From contig JBBQTX010000001.1 in assembly GCA_038234475.1 (NCBI GenBank), positions 1 to 51,137 on the forward strand: a stretch of 51,137 nt of DNA, read 5' to 3'. The DNA is from Caulobacterales bacterium (GTDB lineage Bacteria > Pseudomonadota > Alphaproteobacteria > Caulobacterales > Caulobacteraceae). Made by a program: the position numbers and the translations under genes. The notes beneath the pieces were generated by a model. The model saw nothing but the letters and a program-made list of their open reading frames with translations, was not told where the DNA came from and ran no database searches. Of this stretch, positions 12,721-22,366 are shown in pieces; the first letter of the stretch is position 1, and each line of letters opens with the position of its first letter.

Positions 12721-13478
12721 AGCTCGCCTCCGGCCACCGGGATGGCGGCACCGTTGACGCCCGAGGCCGCGTCGCCGCAAAGCCACACGATGGTGGCGGC
12801 GACCTCGTCGGGGGTGATCAGCCGCCCTTGCGGGTTGGAAGCGGCGAGGGCGGCCCGGGCCTCGTCCTCGCTGCGGCCGGTCTTGCCGACGATCGCCTCG
12901 ACCGAACGGGCGACCAGATCGGTGTCGGTGAAGCCGGGGCAGACGGCGTTGACCGTGACGCCTTTCGTGGCGACCTCGAGTGCCAGGGCCTTGGTCAGGC
13001 CGACGAGACCGTGTTTGGCCGCAACGTAGGCAGAGACGTAGGCGTAGCCCTTCAGGCCCGCAGTCGAGGCGACGTTGACGATGCGGCCGCGGCGGCGGGT
13101 CAGCATGCCGGGTAGCACCAGCCGCGCGGCCTCTGCCGGCGCTTCCAGATTGAGGGCCAGCATGGCGCGCAGGGCCTCGGCGTCGGTCTGGAGGAAAGGG
13201 GCGGAGGTGGCGGCCCCGGCGTTGTTGACCAGGATGTCGATAGGCCCGAACCGGTCGCGTCCCGCTTCGATGGCGGCGGCGAAGGCGTCGGGGTCGGTGA
13301 CGTCGGCGGGAGCGGCGAAGGCCAGGTCGCCGATGCGGTCGGCGGTCTCGTTCAGACGGGCGACATGGCGGCCGATCAGGGTCACCTGGCAGCCGGCCTC
13401 GGCCAGCCGCTCCGCTGAGGCCCGGCCAATGCCGGAGCCCGCGCCGGTCACGACCGCATGCTGGCCCTCAAACGTCAT
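12717..13478 (-). CDS. SDR oxidoreductase (3-hydroxyacyl-CoA dehydrogenase-like)
   Basis: [12 protein letters not shown] and YVAAK motifs; ATG 13478 overlaps the upstream stop. Confidence 0.92.
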   Translation of the reverse strand: MTFEGQHAVVTGAGSGIGRASAERLAEAGCQVTLIGRHVARLNETADRIGDLAFAAPADVTDPDAFAAAIEAGRDRFGPIDILVNNAGAATSAPFLQTDAEALRAMLALNLEAPAEAARLVLPGMLTRRRGRIVNVASTAGLKGYAYVSAYVAAKHGLVGLTKALALEVATKGVTVNAVCPGFTDTDLVARSVEAIVGKTGRSEDEARAALAASNPQGRLITPDEVAATIVWLCGDAASGVNGAAIPVAGGEL

Positions 13479-15775
13479 ACCGGCCCCGCCTGCTGCTGAC
13501 GTTCCAGATTGCGGGCCAGTTGGCCGAAGCCGGCGAGGTACTGGACCGGAGGCTGGATGCCGCGCCAGCCCAGTTCCGCGGCGGCGCGCAGGCTCCAGTT
13601 GGGATCCGCCAGATGGGGGCGGGCGAGGGCGCACAGATCGGCGCGGCCGGCGGCGAGGATGCTGTTGACGTGGTCGGTCTCATAGATGTTGCCGACCGCC
13701 ATGGTGCGCACGTCCGCCTCATTGCGGATGCGGTCGCTGAGCGGGGTCTGGAACATGCGGCCGTAGACCGGCTGGGCGTCCGGCGTGGTCGAGCCGGCCG
13801 AGACGTCGATCAGGTCGCAACCGGCATTGGCGAAGGCGCGGGCGATGACCACAGAGTCTTCGGGGGTCAGTCCCTCATCGACCCAGTCGCTGGCCGACAG
13901 ACGCACCGACATCGGGCGCTCCTCCGGCCAGGCGGCGCGCATGGCGGCGAAGACCTCCAGCGGGAAGCGCAGCCGGTTTTCGACGGAACCCCCGAACTCG
14001 TCAGCGCGCCGGTTCGACACCGGGGTCAGGAAGGAGGAAAGCAGATAACCGTGGGCGCAGTGCAGCTCGACCATGTCGAAGTCGGCCTCGACCGCCCAGC
14101 CCACGGCGCGGACAAAATCGTCGCGGACACGATCCATGTCTTCCCGGATCATCTCGCGCGGGGTCTGGTCGCCGTCGGACCAGGCGACAGGCGAAGGAGC
14201 GATCAGGGCCCAGCCACCTTCCAGCAGGGGCTGGTCGGCGCGGGGACCCCAGGGCCGTTCGACCGAACCCTTGCGGCCGGCATGGGCCAGCTGAATGGCG
14301 ATGCGGGAGCCTTGGGCATGCACGAAATCGACGATCCGCTTCCAGCCGTCGCGGTGTTCGGGCCGGTACAGTCCGGCGCATCCCGGGGTGATGCGGGCAT
14401 CTGCCGAGACGTCGGTCATCTCGGTGAAGACCAGACCGGCACCGCCCAGTGCGCGGGAGCCGAGGTGGACCAGATGGAAGTCGCTGACCTGTCCGTCCTC
14501 GGCCGAATACATGCACATGGGCGACACCACGACCCGGTTGGGCAGGGTCAGGCCGCGCAGGCGCAGTGGCGCGAACATGGGCGGGGGCGGGGCCTTGGAC
14601 GGCGGCGCGCCGGCGGCGTCGGCGAACCAGCGCTCGACGCCGGTCAGGAACGCCTTGTCGCGCAGGCGCAGGTTTTCGTGGCTGACACGCTGGCTGCGGG
14701 TCAGCAGGCTGTAGGTGAACTGGATCGGATCGAGGCCGGTGTAGCGGTCGACAGTCTCGAACCATTCGGTGGAGTTGCGCGCGGCGCTCTGCAGCTTCAG
14801 CACCTCGACCCGGCGCTCGGCCTCATAGGCGGCGAGGGCAGCGTCGAGGTCGCCGTCGTCCGTCAGGGCCTCGGCGAGGCGGATGGCGTCTTCGAAGGCC
14901 AGTTTGGTGCCCGATCCGATGGAGAAGTGCGCCGTGTGGGCGGCGTCGCCGAGCAGCACCACCTTGCCGTCGCGCCAGTTCGAACAGGCCACGCGCGGGA
15001 AATTCAGCCAGGCCGAGCCGCGCAGGTGTTTGGCGTTACTCAGCAGGGCATGACTGCCCAGCCAGTCGGCGAACAGGGTCTCGGCCGCACGGCAAGTCTG
15101 GTCCTGATCCATTTGATCGAAGCCCAGACCGCGCCAGGTCGCCTCCGCGCATTCGACGATGAAGGTCGAGGCTCCGGGTTCGAACTGATAGGCGTGGGCC
15201 CAGATCCAGCCTTGCGGCGTCTCGACGAAGGCGAAGGTGAAGGCCTCGAAGGTCTGGTGCGTGCCCAGCCAGATGTATTTGTTGGTCCGCACGTCAACGT
15301 CGACGCCGAACACTTCGGGGCGGTCGTTGCGGACCCGGCTGTTCAGGCCGTCGGCGGCCACGACGATGTCGGCATCCAGAGCGGCGGGGTCGGCGACCTC
15401 GCTCTGGAAGCGCAGGTCGACGCCGAGGGACCGGGCCCGTTCATGCAAGATGGTCAGCAGCCGCTGGCGTCCGATGCCGGCGAAACCGTGCCCGCCGGAG
15501 CGGATGCACTGACCGTGGATATGGACGTCGATGTCATCCCAATGCACCAAGGCAGCCTCGATGGTCGCCGCGGTTTCGGGATCGTTGGCCTTCAGATTGG
15601 CAAGGGTCTGGTCGGAGAAGACGACGCCCCAGCCAAAGGTGTCGTCGGCCTGGTTGCGCTCGTGTACCACCACGTCCAGCGACGAATCGCGCAGTTTCAG
15701 CGAGATGGCGAGATACAGGCCGCCGGGCCCGGCACCCATGACGGCGACGCTTCGGATCGGGGAGTTCGACGACAT
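13475..15775 (-). CDS. abmA: Bifunctional 2-aminobenzoyl-CoA monooxygenase/reductase (salicylyl-CoA 5-hydroxylase family)
   Basis: N-terminal FAD monooxygenase ([32 protein letters not shown]) fused to an old-yellow-enzyme domain ([18 protein letters not shown]). Confidence 0.9.
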   Translation of the reverse strand: MSSNSPIRSVAVMGAGPGGLYLAISLKLRDSSLDVVVHERNQADDTFGWGVVFSDQTLANLKANDPETAATIEAALVHWDDIDVHIHGQCIRSGGHGFAGIGRQRLLTILHERARSLGVDLRFQSEVADPAALDADIVVAADGLNSRVRNDRPEVFGVDVDVRTNKYIWLGTHQTFEAFTFAFVETPQGWIWAHAYQFEPGASTFIVECAEATWRGLGFDQMDQDQTCRAAETLFADWLGSHALLSNAKHLRGSAWLNFPRVACSNWRDGKVVLLGDAAHTAHFSIGSGTKLAFEDAIRLAEALTDDGDLDAALAAYEAERRVEVLKLQSAARNSTEWFETVDRYTGLDPIQFTYSLLTRSQRVSHENLRLRDKAFLTGVERWFADAAGAPPSKAPPPPMFAPLRLRGLTLPNRVVVSPMCMYSAEDGQVSDFHLVHLGSRALGGAGLVFTEMTDVSADARITPGCAGLYRPEHRDGWKRIVDFVHAQGSRIAIQLAHAGRKGSVERPWGPRADQPLLEGGWALIAPSPVAWSDGDQTPREMIREDMDRVRDDFVRAVGWAVEADFDMVELHCAHGYLLSSFLTPVSNRRADEFGGSVENRLRFPLEVFAAMRAAWPEERPMSVRLSASDWVDEGLTPEDSVVIARAFANAGCDLIDVSAGSTTPDAQPVYGRMFQTPLSDRIRNEADVRTMAVGNIYETDHVNSILAAGRADLCALARPHLADPNWSLRAAAELGWRGIQPPVQYLAGFGQLARNLERQQQAGPV

Positions 15776-15777
15776 AG

Positions 15778-15810
15778 TTTAGGCTTAAAACAAATACGAC
15801 GGGGCGTCGA
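15778..15810 (-). promoter_or_regulatory. Putative promoter (TCGACG-N17-TAAGCC) overlapped by an AT-rich palindrome TTTAAGCCTAAA (candidate MarR operator)
   Basis: Minus-strand -35-like at 15810-15805 and -10-like at 15787-15782; TTTA-N4-TAAA dyad at 15778-15789 in otherwise GC-rich DNA. Confidence 0.45.
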
Positions 15811-15917
15811 GTCGTGAGATGGCGTCGCCGGGGCGAGCGCCGCGATCGGGAATCCGCTATCAGCGCATCAGACAATCGGGTAGCCGCTTGCCGTCCGGAG
15901 CGATGACGAGGATGCCG

Positions 15918-17360
15918 ATGACCGAGACGCTCGACCTGTGCCACTGGATCGACGGCGAAAAGGTCGGCGGCGACCGGCCGACGCAGAGCCTGAATCCGTC
16001 CGATACGCGAGAGGTCGTGGCCCGCACGCCCGACGGTGCAGACGTAGAGGTCAACGCGGCTGTGGCAGCCGCCAAGGCGGCCTTTCCGGCGTGGTCCGAA
16101 GCCTCGCCCGAAGTGCGCTCCGACATTCTCGACCGGGCCGGGACCCTGGTGATGGAACGGCGCGAGGCGCTGGGGCGGCTGCTGTCGCGCGAGGAGGGCA
16201 AGACCCTGGCCGAGGGGATCGGCGAGACCGTCCGGGCCGGCCGCATCCTGAAATATTTCGCGGGCGAGGCGCTGCGTCTGCACGGCCAGAACCTGGCCTC
16301 GGTGCGGCCGGGCGTGGAGATTCAGACCTATCGTCAGGCGGTCGGCGTCTATGGGCTGATCACGCCGTGGAACTTCCCCATCGCCATCCCGGCCTGGAAG
16401 GCGGCTCCGGCCCTGGCCTTCGGCAATACGGTGGTGATGAAGCCGGCCGGGCCGACGCCGGCGACCGCCGAGGCGCTGGTTGCCATATTGCACGAGGCGG
16501 GCCTGCCCAAGGGCGTGCTGAATCTTGTGATCGGCCGGGGACGGGTAGGACAGGCGATCGTCGATCACCCCGACGTCGCCGGGATCAGCTTTACCGGCTC
16601 GCAGGGCGTGGGGGCCGGGGTCGCGTTCGGCGCGGTCAAGCGGCAGGCGCGGGTGCAGCTGGAGATGGGCGGAAAGAACCCGTTGATCGTGCTGGACGAC
16701 GCGGATCTGGACCGGGCGGTGCAGATCGCGCTGGATGGGTCCTTCTTCGCGACAGGGCAGCGCTGCACGGCCTCCAGCCGGCTGATCGTGCAGGACGGCA
16801 TCCATGACCGTTTCGTCGCGGCCCTGGCCGAACGCGTCGCGGCGCTGCGCGTGGGCGACGCCCTCGATCCAGCGACCCAGATGGGACCGGCGGTGTCCGA
16901 GGATCAGATGGAAAACTCTTATCGCTATATCGACATTGCGCGGGGCGAGGGCGGCCGGGTGGTCACGGGCGGCGAACGACTGACGCTGGACAAGCCCGGC
17001 TGGTACGTCCAGCCGACGCTGATTTCCGACACCGGGCCGGGAATGCGGATCAATACCGAGGAGGTGTTCGGCCCGGTCGCCTCCACGCTGCGGGTCAAGG
17101 ACTATGAGGCGGCGCTGGAGATCGCCAACGGCAGCGAGTTCGGCCTGTCAGCGGGCATCGTCACCGCGTCCCTGAAGCACGCGCGGGACTTTCAACGCCG
17201 GTCGCGGTCGGGGATGGTAATGGTCAATCTGCCGACCGCGGGGGTCGACTATCACGTGCCGTTCGGGGGCTCGAAGTCGTCCAGCTATGGCGCGCGTGAG
17301 CAGGGTTTCGCGGCGGCGGACTTCTTCACCCAGACGAAAACGGCCTACAGCTGGTCATAA
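15918..17360 (+). CDS. Aldehyde dehydrogenase, alpha-ketoglutaric semialdehyde dehydrogenase-like
   Basis: TPWNFP, FTGS, LEMGGKN, GQRCTA and EEVFGP; closely resembles my recollection of Caulobacter Weimberg-pathway XylA (including the TQTK..YSWS end); GAGG RBS before ATG 15918. Confidence 0.88.
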   Translation: MTETLDLCHWIDGEKVGGDRPTQSLNPSDTREVVARTPDGADVEVNAAVAAAKAAFPAWSEASPEVRSDILDRAGTLVMERREALGRLLSREEGKTLAEGIGETVRAGRILKYFAGEALRLHGQNLASVRPGVEIQTYRQAVGVYGLITPWNFPIAIPAWKAAPALAFGNTVVMKPAGPTPATAEALVAILHEAGLPKGVLNLVIGRGRVGQAIVDHPDVAGISFTGSQGVGAGVAFGAVKRQARVQLEMGGKNPLIVLDDADLDRAVQIALDGSFFATGQRCTASSRLIVQDGIHDRFVAALAERVAALRVGDALDPATQMGPAVSEDQMENSYRYIDIARGEGGRVVTGGERLTLDKPGWYVQPTLISDTGPGMRINTEEVFGPVASTLRVKDYEAALEIANGSEFGLSAGIVTASLKHARDFQRRSRSGMVMVNLPTAGVDYHVPFGGSKSSSYGAREQGFAAADFFTQTKTAYSWS

Positions 17361-17372
17361 CGGCGGGCGGGG

Positions 17373-18272
17373 TCAGCCGCCGGTGAACATGGCGCGGTCG
17401 GCCTTGACCGCCTCGACGATCACGGTCGTAACGGCGCGGATGCGGGCCAGGGATTTGAGGTCGGCGTGGGTCACCAGCCACAGGCTGCGGTCCAGATGCA
17501 CGGCGTCGGGCAATACGCGCCGCAGGCCGGGCTCGCGCGCGGCAATGAAGTCCGGCAGGACGCACAGACCGGCCCCCGCCAATGTGGCCTGAAGCTGGGC
17601 GATCAGGTTTGAACTCTGCAGGCTGACGTGGATGTCGACGTCGGGGGCCTGCATATAGTCCAGCTCGGGTGCGTAGAGCAGGTCGCCGATATAGCCGATG
17701 AAGCGATGCCGGCCCATGTCGGCGCGCGTCAGGATCGCCGGGCGCGGGTCCAGATAGGAGGGCGCCGCGTACAGGCTGAGGCCGTAGTCGGTCAGTTTGC
17801 GCGACACCAGACGGCCCTCGCGCGGCGCGCTGAGAGTGACAGCGATGTCCGCCTCGCGCTTGGACAGGCTGAGCACGCCGGAGATGGCCACCAATTGGAT
17901 CTGCAGATCAGGGTGGCGGTCGGCGAGCCGCGCCATCAGCGGCGCGATGACATAGCTGCCGAAGCCCTCGGGCGCGCCGATCCGGACTGTTCCGCTCAGT
18001 GCCTGATCGGCCTCGCCCAATTCGTGGGCGGCCTGAAGGGTCAGGCTCTCGATCCGCTCGGCGGTCGGCAACAATCGCTCGCCGTGCGAGGTCAGGGCAT
18101 AGCCTTGGGGACTGCGATCGAACAGGCGTGCGCCGAGGCCAGCCTCGAGCGCGGCGATGCGGCGCCCCACGGTGGTGTGGTCCATGCCGATCCGCGCCGC
18201 CGCTGTGGTCAGCCGTCCCGTGCGGGCGACCGCCAGAAAGGCGCTTAGGTCGTTCCAGTTGAAGTCGGCCAT
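17373..18272 (-). CDS. LysR family transcriptional regulator
   Basis: FNWNDL...TTVGRRIAALE HTH, LFDR, LSKREADIA; 299 aa from ATG 18272. Confidence 0.93.
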   Translation of the reverse strand: MADFNWNDLSAFLAVARTGRLTTAAARIGMDHTTVGRRIAALEAGLGARLFDRSPQGYALTSHGERLLPTAERIESLTLQAAHELGEADQALSGTVRIGAPEGFGSYVIAPLMARLADRHPDLQIQLVAISGVLSLSKREADIAVTLSAPREGRLVSRKLTDYGLSLYAAPSYLDPRPAILTRADMGRHRFIGYIGDLLYAPELDYMQAPDVDIHVSLQSSNLIAQLQATLAGAGLCVLPDFIAAREPGLRRVLPDAVHLDRSLWLVTHADLKSLARIRAVTTVIVEAVKADRAMFTGG

Positions 18273-18280
18273 GCTCGCCT

Positions 18281-18296
18281 TGTGCAAATATGCACA
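18281..18296. promoter_or_regulatory. Perfect inverted repeat TGTGCA-N4-TGCACA, candidate binding site of the adjacent LysR
   Basis: Dyad 8 nt upstream of the LysR start codon, in an AT-rich divergent intergenic region. Confidence 0.55.
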
Positions 18297-18382
18297 GTGA
18301 TTGTTCAAAGTCTGGCATCTACAGAACAAAAAAGCCATGGCATACGACCGTCATCGAACGCCACTCACTTGCAGAGATCGCC

Positions 18383-18559
18383 ATGCCCTTCGACGCCGCC
18401 CACTATCCCGCCAGCCGCCCGACGCCGACGTCGGCCCTGATCGACGCCGCCGGCGAGCCCTGCCCGGTGTGGTCGGCGCTGAACCCCGACCGCGCGCTCG
18501 CGTTGCTGTTCGTCGCGCCCCGTGATTGCGTGGCCGTCGACGTACTCGTCGCCCTCTGA
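18383..18559 (+). CDS. Hypothetical 58-aa protein (possible small protein or remnant)
   Basis: GAGA before ATG, GC-rich third positions, fills the gap between the divergent promoter and phaC; no family recognised. Confidence 0.4.
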   Translation: MPFDAAHYPASRPTPTSALIDAAGEPCPVWSALNPDRALALLFVAPRDCVAVDVLVAL

Positions 18560-18573
18560 ACGGAACCTTCCGC

Positions 18574-20403
18574 ATGGCCCAGCAAACGCCTTCCCCGACC
18601 CAGGCTGCGGAGGCAATGGAGGCCGAGATTCCGGCGTTCGCCGGATTGCCGGACCCCTCGGTGGTGGCCGAGGCCCTGACCACGCTGGCGCGCAACGCTT
18701 CCGCCGCGATGCAGACGACGCTGGCCCAGGCCGCCGCGCCGGCCACACTGCCGTACGATCCGACCACGATGTTGCGGGCGATGACCGAGTTCAATGCTGC
18801 GGTGATGATGCAGCCCGCCGCCCTGTTCGAGGCCCAGGCCAAGGGGTGGAACGACTGGACCGCCCTGTGGCGGACCATGGGCGAGCGCGCCATGGGCCAG
18901 ACCGTCGAACCGGTCGCCGCCCCCGCCAAGGGCGACCGCCGCTTCTCGGGGGCGGCCTGGAGCGAAGAACCCGTCTACGACTATATCAAACAGTCCTACC
19001 TTTTGGCCGCGCGCCAGCTTCAGGACTTCATCGCCGCCGCGCCGGTCGATGAGCGGACCCGGACGCAGGTCGATTTCCTTGCCCGCCAGCTGACCAACGC
19101 CATGTCGCCGGCCAATTTCGCCCACACCAATCCCGAGGTCGCGCGCCGCACCATTGAGAGTGGCGGCCTGAGCCTGATGACCGGGCTTTCCAACCTGCTC
19201 GAGGACGTCGGCAAGGGTCAGGGTCTGGTCACCCGGCGCGCGCCCAATGATTTCGAACTGGGCGTCAACATCGCTGCCACGCCGGGCGCGGTCGTGTTCA
19301 GGAACGACCTGATGGAGTTGATCCAGTACGCGCCGACGACGGACAGCGTCTATCGCCGGCCCCTGCTGTTCGTGCCGCCGCTGGTCAACAAATACTACCT
19401 CTTCGACCTGTCGCCCAAGTCGAGCTATCTGAAGTGGCTGGTCGATCAGGGTCACACGGTGTTCGTCATCTCTTGGGCCAATCCGGACGAGACCCATGCC
19501 GACACGGGCCTGGAGGCCTATGTGAAGGACGGGGTGGTGGCCGCTATGGACGCCATCGAACTGGCGACGGGCGAGGCCGATGTCGACCTGGTCTCCTACT
19601 GCCTGGGCGGCACATTGTCGGCGATGACGCTGGCTTGGCTAGCCGGGACAGGGAGCGGCGAGCGGGTTGCCTCGGCCACCCTGATCGCGGCTCTGGTCGA
19701 TTTCAGCGACATGGGCGAATGGTCGGTGTTTACCGGCGAGGCGGACCGAAAGGCCTTTGAGAGCTATCTGGACGAGAAGGGCTATGTCGAGGCGCACGAC
19801 CTGACCAAGCTGTTCTCGACGGTACGGGCCAATGACCTGATCTGGTCGTCGGTGGTGAACCACTATCTGCTGGGCGACGAGGTGCGCGCCTCGGACCTGT
19901 TGTGGTGGTTCGACGACGGAGCGCGCATTCCGGCGCGGATGCTGAAGGAATACGGCGGCCAGATCCTGCGCCAGAACCGGCTCAAGGACGCGGGCGGCAT
20001 TGTCATCGACGGGGTGGGGCTGGACCTGTCGGCGATCCAGACCCCGGTGATGATCGTGGCGCTGAAGGACGATCACGTCTCGGCCTGGAAGGCGACCTAT
20101 GGCGGCCGCAGCCATTTCGGCGGACCGACACGGTTTCTGCTGGGGGGCTCAGGCCACAACGCCGGCATGATCAACCCGCCCTCAGCCAACAAGCACGGCT
20201 ACTGGACGAACGAAGCCGCGCCGCAGGACGCCGAGGCCTGGCTGGCCGGGGCGGAGAAGAAGTCCGGCTCATGGTGGCCGGAATGGCAGGGCTGGCTGGA
20301 CGCTGCGGCGGGCGACGACACGGTTCCCGCGCGTGAGGTGGGGTCGGGCAGGCTGAAGGCTGGAGACGCGGCCCCCGGCACCTACGTTCACGTTCGGCAC
20401 TAG
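18574..20403 (+). CDS. phaC: Class I polyhydroxyalkanoate synthase
   Basis: DRRF, SPANF..TNP, ATPGAVV, PPLVNKYY, SYCLGG catalytic Cys box, DDH (Asp), SGHNAG (His), GSWWPEW and APGTYV. Confidence 0.93.
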   Translation: MAQQTPSPTQAAEAMEAEIPAFAGLPDPSVVAEALTTLARNASAAMQTTLAQAAAPATLPYDPTTMLRAMTEFNAAVMMQPAALFEAQAKGWNDWTALWRTMGERAMGQTVEPVAAPAKGDRRFSGAAWSEEPVYDYIKQSYLLAARQLQDFIAAAPVDERTRTQVDFLARQLTNAMSPANFAHTNPEVARRTIESGGLSLMTGLSNLLEDVGKGQGLVTRRAPNDFELGVNIAATPGAVVFRNDLMELIQYAPTTDSVYRRPLLFVPPLVNKYYLFDLSPKSSYLKWLVDQGHTVFVISWANPDETHADTGLEAYVKDGVVAAMDAIELATGEADVDLVSYCLGGTLSAMTLAWLAGTGSGERVASATLIAALVDFSDMGEWSVFTGEADRKAFESYLDEKGYVEAHDLTKLFSTVRANDLIWSSVVNHYLLGDEVRASDLLWWFDDGARIPARMLKEYGGQILRQNRLKDAGGIVIDGVGLDLSAIQTPVMIVALKDDHVSAWKATYGGRSHFGGPTRFLLGGSGHNAGMINPPSANKHGYWTNEAAPQDAEAWLAGAEKKSGSWWPEWQGWLDAAAGDDTVPAREVGSGRLKAGDAAPGTYVHVRH

Positions 20404-20437
20404 ACGGAGCGGCCCCGCCGGGTTCATCCCTGTCGGC

Positions 20438-21427
20438 ATGAGTGTGACCCGGTCTGAAGCAAGGGCGATTCCGTTACCCGTCCGCGTCGCGGCGCTGTAC
20501 CGGTTCGCGCCGGTCGTCGATGCCCCGCAGGTGCGGTCCCGGCTTGAGGCTTTGTGCGGCGAGGCCGTACGCGGCACCTTGCTGATCGCTCGTGAGGGGA
20601 TCAACGGCACGATCGCCGGGTCGCCGGCCGCGATTGAAGCGGTGCTGGACGGTATCCGCGCCCTGCCCGGCTTCGCGGCGCTGGAGGTCAAACGGTCCGA
20701 GGCGGCGACCCTGCCGTTCCGTCGCCTCAAGGTCCGCATCAAGCCCGAGATCGTCACCATGGGCCAACCGGGACTGGACCCGGTTCGCGACGCGGGCCTC
20801 TATGTCTCGCCGCAGGACTGGAACGCCCTGATCTCCGATCCCGGCACCGTCGTGATCGACACCCGCAACGACTACGAGGGGGCGATCGGAACCTTCGAGG
20901 GGGCGGTCCAGCCCAACACCCGGTCGTTTCGCGATTTCCCCGCCTGGTTCGCCGCCGAGGGCCGCGCGCTGCTGGACCGGCCGACCGCGCCACGGGTGGC
21001 GATGTATTGCACCGGCGGGATTCGCTGCGAGAAGGCGACGGCCTTTCTCAAGGCGCAGGGCGTCCGGGACGTCCACCATCTGGAGGGCGGTATCCTGCGC
21101 TATCTGGAGACCACGCCGCAGCAAGAGAGCCTGTGGCAGGGGGAGTGTTTCGTGTTCGACGAGCGGGTGGCCGTCGGTCACGGCCTGACGCCCGGGACCC
21201 ATTCGCTATGCCGGGGATGCCGGATGCCGTTGGGCCGAGAGGACCGCGCGTCGCCCCACTACGTCGAGGGAGTCGCCTGCGGTCACTGTCATGACTCGCG
21301 CAGCGACGAACAGCGTCGGACCTATGCCGAACGGCATCGACAGGTCGAGATCGCCTCCGGCCTGGGCATCGACCACATCGGTGCCCGCCTGCCGCAGGCC
21401 GAAGAGCCGGGCGGCGGCGATGGCTGA
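20438..21427 (+). CDS. trhO: Rhodanese-domain tRNA uridine(34) hydroxylase (TrhO/YceA, UPF0176)
   Basis: EGINGT, IDTRNDYE, YCTGGIRCEKA, GECFVFDERV and C-terminal Cys cluster. Confidence 0.9.
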   Translation: MSVTRSEARAIPLPVRVAALYRFAPVVDAPQVRSRLEALCGEAVRGTLLIAREGINGTIAGSPAAIEAVLDGIRALPGFAALEVKRSEAATLPFRRLKVRIKPEIVTMGQPGLDPVRDAGLYVSPQDWNALISDPGTVVIDTRNDYEGAIGTFEGAVQPNTRSFRDFPAWFAAEGRALLDRPTAPRVAMYCTGGIRCEKATAFLKAQGVRDVHHLEGGILRYLETTPQQESLWQGECFVFDERVAVGHGLTPGTHSLCRGCRMPLGREDRASPHYVEGVACGHCHDSRSDEQRRTYAERHRQVEIASGLGIDHIGARLPQAEEPGGGDG

Positions 21428-21782
21428 TCCGGCGCGGCGCGGTTTCACCCTGGTCGAGACGCTGGTCGCTCTGGCGGTATTCAGCCTCGCGGCCCTGGCG
21501 CTTCTCAACCTGTCGGGTGAGAACACCCGGTCGGCGGCCCGGGTCGAGACGCGGACGCTCGGCGGAATCGTCGCCGAGAACCTGGCTGTCGAGGCGATGA
21601 TCGCGGCGGAACCGCCCCGGGGCGCGTCATCGGGTCAGGTTGATCTGGCCGGTCGCAACTGGGGTTGGACCCGGACCGTGACGGAGACCGATGACCCGGA
21701 CATCACGCGGATCGTCATCCTCGTCGACGACGCCGAGGGCCGGGCAGCGGATCGCACCCTCTTCAGGGGGCGGCGCCCGTGA
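21420..21782 (+). CDS. gspI: Type II secretion minor pseudopilin I
   Basis: RRG|FTLVETL prepilin site with E5; 120 aa; VAEN and W.WTR motifs. Confidence 0.88.
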   Translation: MADPARRGFTLVETLVALAVFSLAALALLNLSGENTRSAARVETRTLGGIVAENLAVEAMIAAEPPRGASSGQVDLAGRNWGWTRTVTETDDPDITRIVILVDDAEGRAADRTLFRGRRP

Positions 21783-22366
21783 CCCGCGCCGGCTTTACGC
21801 TGGTCGAGGTCCTGATAGCACTGGTCCTGTTCGCGGTGATCTCGGCGGCGGGGACAACGGTGTTGTCGATGTCGATCGACAACCGGTACGCGGTCAAGGC
21901 GGCGACGGACCGGGTGGCTTCGCTGCAGCGGACCCGGGCCATGCTGAAGGCGGACCTGGGGCAGGCCACCACGCGGCGAACACGTGACCGGAACGGCGAG
22001 CCTCGCGCCTCGGCCCTGGCCGGGGCCACGGGGGCGGGCGATCCGATCCTGACGGTGACCCGGTCGGGCTGGAGCAACGCGGGCCGTGCGGCACGGTCCT
22101 CGCTGCAGCGGGTTGAGTACCGGGTGACCGACGGGCAGTTGGAACGCCGGGTGTCCGCCCATCTGGACGGTTCGCGTCCCGGGGCACCACAGGTGCTGAT
22201 GGCGGGAGTGTCAGATGTGACGCTGACCTTCGTCCGCGACGGGCGGGAGACCTCGGTGCCGACGTCGGGTCTGGCGCGGCCGTTGCCTGACGCCGCTCGC
22301 CTGACGATGACCGTCGAGGGCTATGGACCGGTGACCCAACTATTCCTGATCGGCAGCGGCCGATGA
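21779..22366 (+). CDS. gspJ: Type II secretion minor pseudopilin J
   Basis: RAG|FTLVEVL, DLGQA..R, RSGWSN and SLQRVEY motifs. Confidence 0.9.
   Translation: MTRAGFTLVEVLIALVLFAVISAAGTTVLSMSIDNRYAVKAATDRVASLQRTRAMLKADLGQATTRRTRDRNGEPRASALAGATGAGDPILTVTRSGWSNAGRAARSSLQRVEYRVTDGQLERRVSAHLDGSRPGAPQVLMAGVSDVTLTFVRDGRETSVPTSGLARPLPDAARLTMTVEGYGPVTQLFLIGSGR

Noticed and set aside
13520-15817. 765-aa plus-strand ORF antisense to abmA (similar cases: 5419-6936, 25291-26832, 33475-35100, 42612-44735, 48927-50912)
   Set aside because: Antisense shadows of well-supported genes with no motifs; expected from high-GC codon bias
18562-18590. GGAAC upstream of phaC as an EcfG promoter
   Set aside because: No CGTT at 16-17 nt spacing
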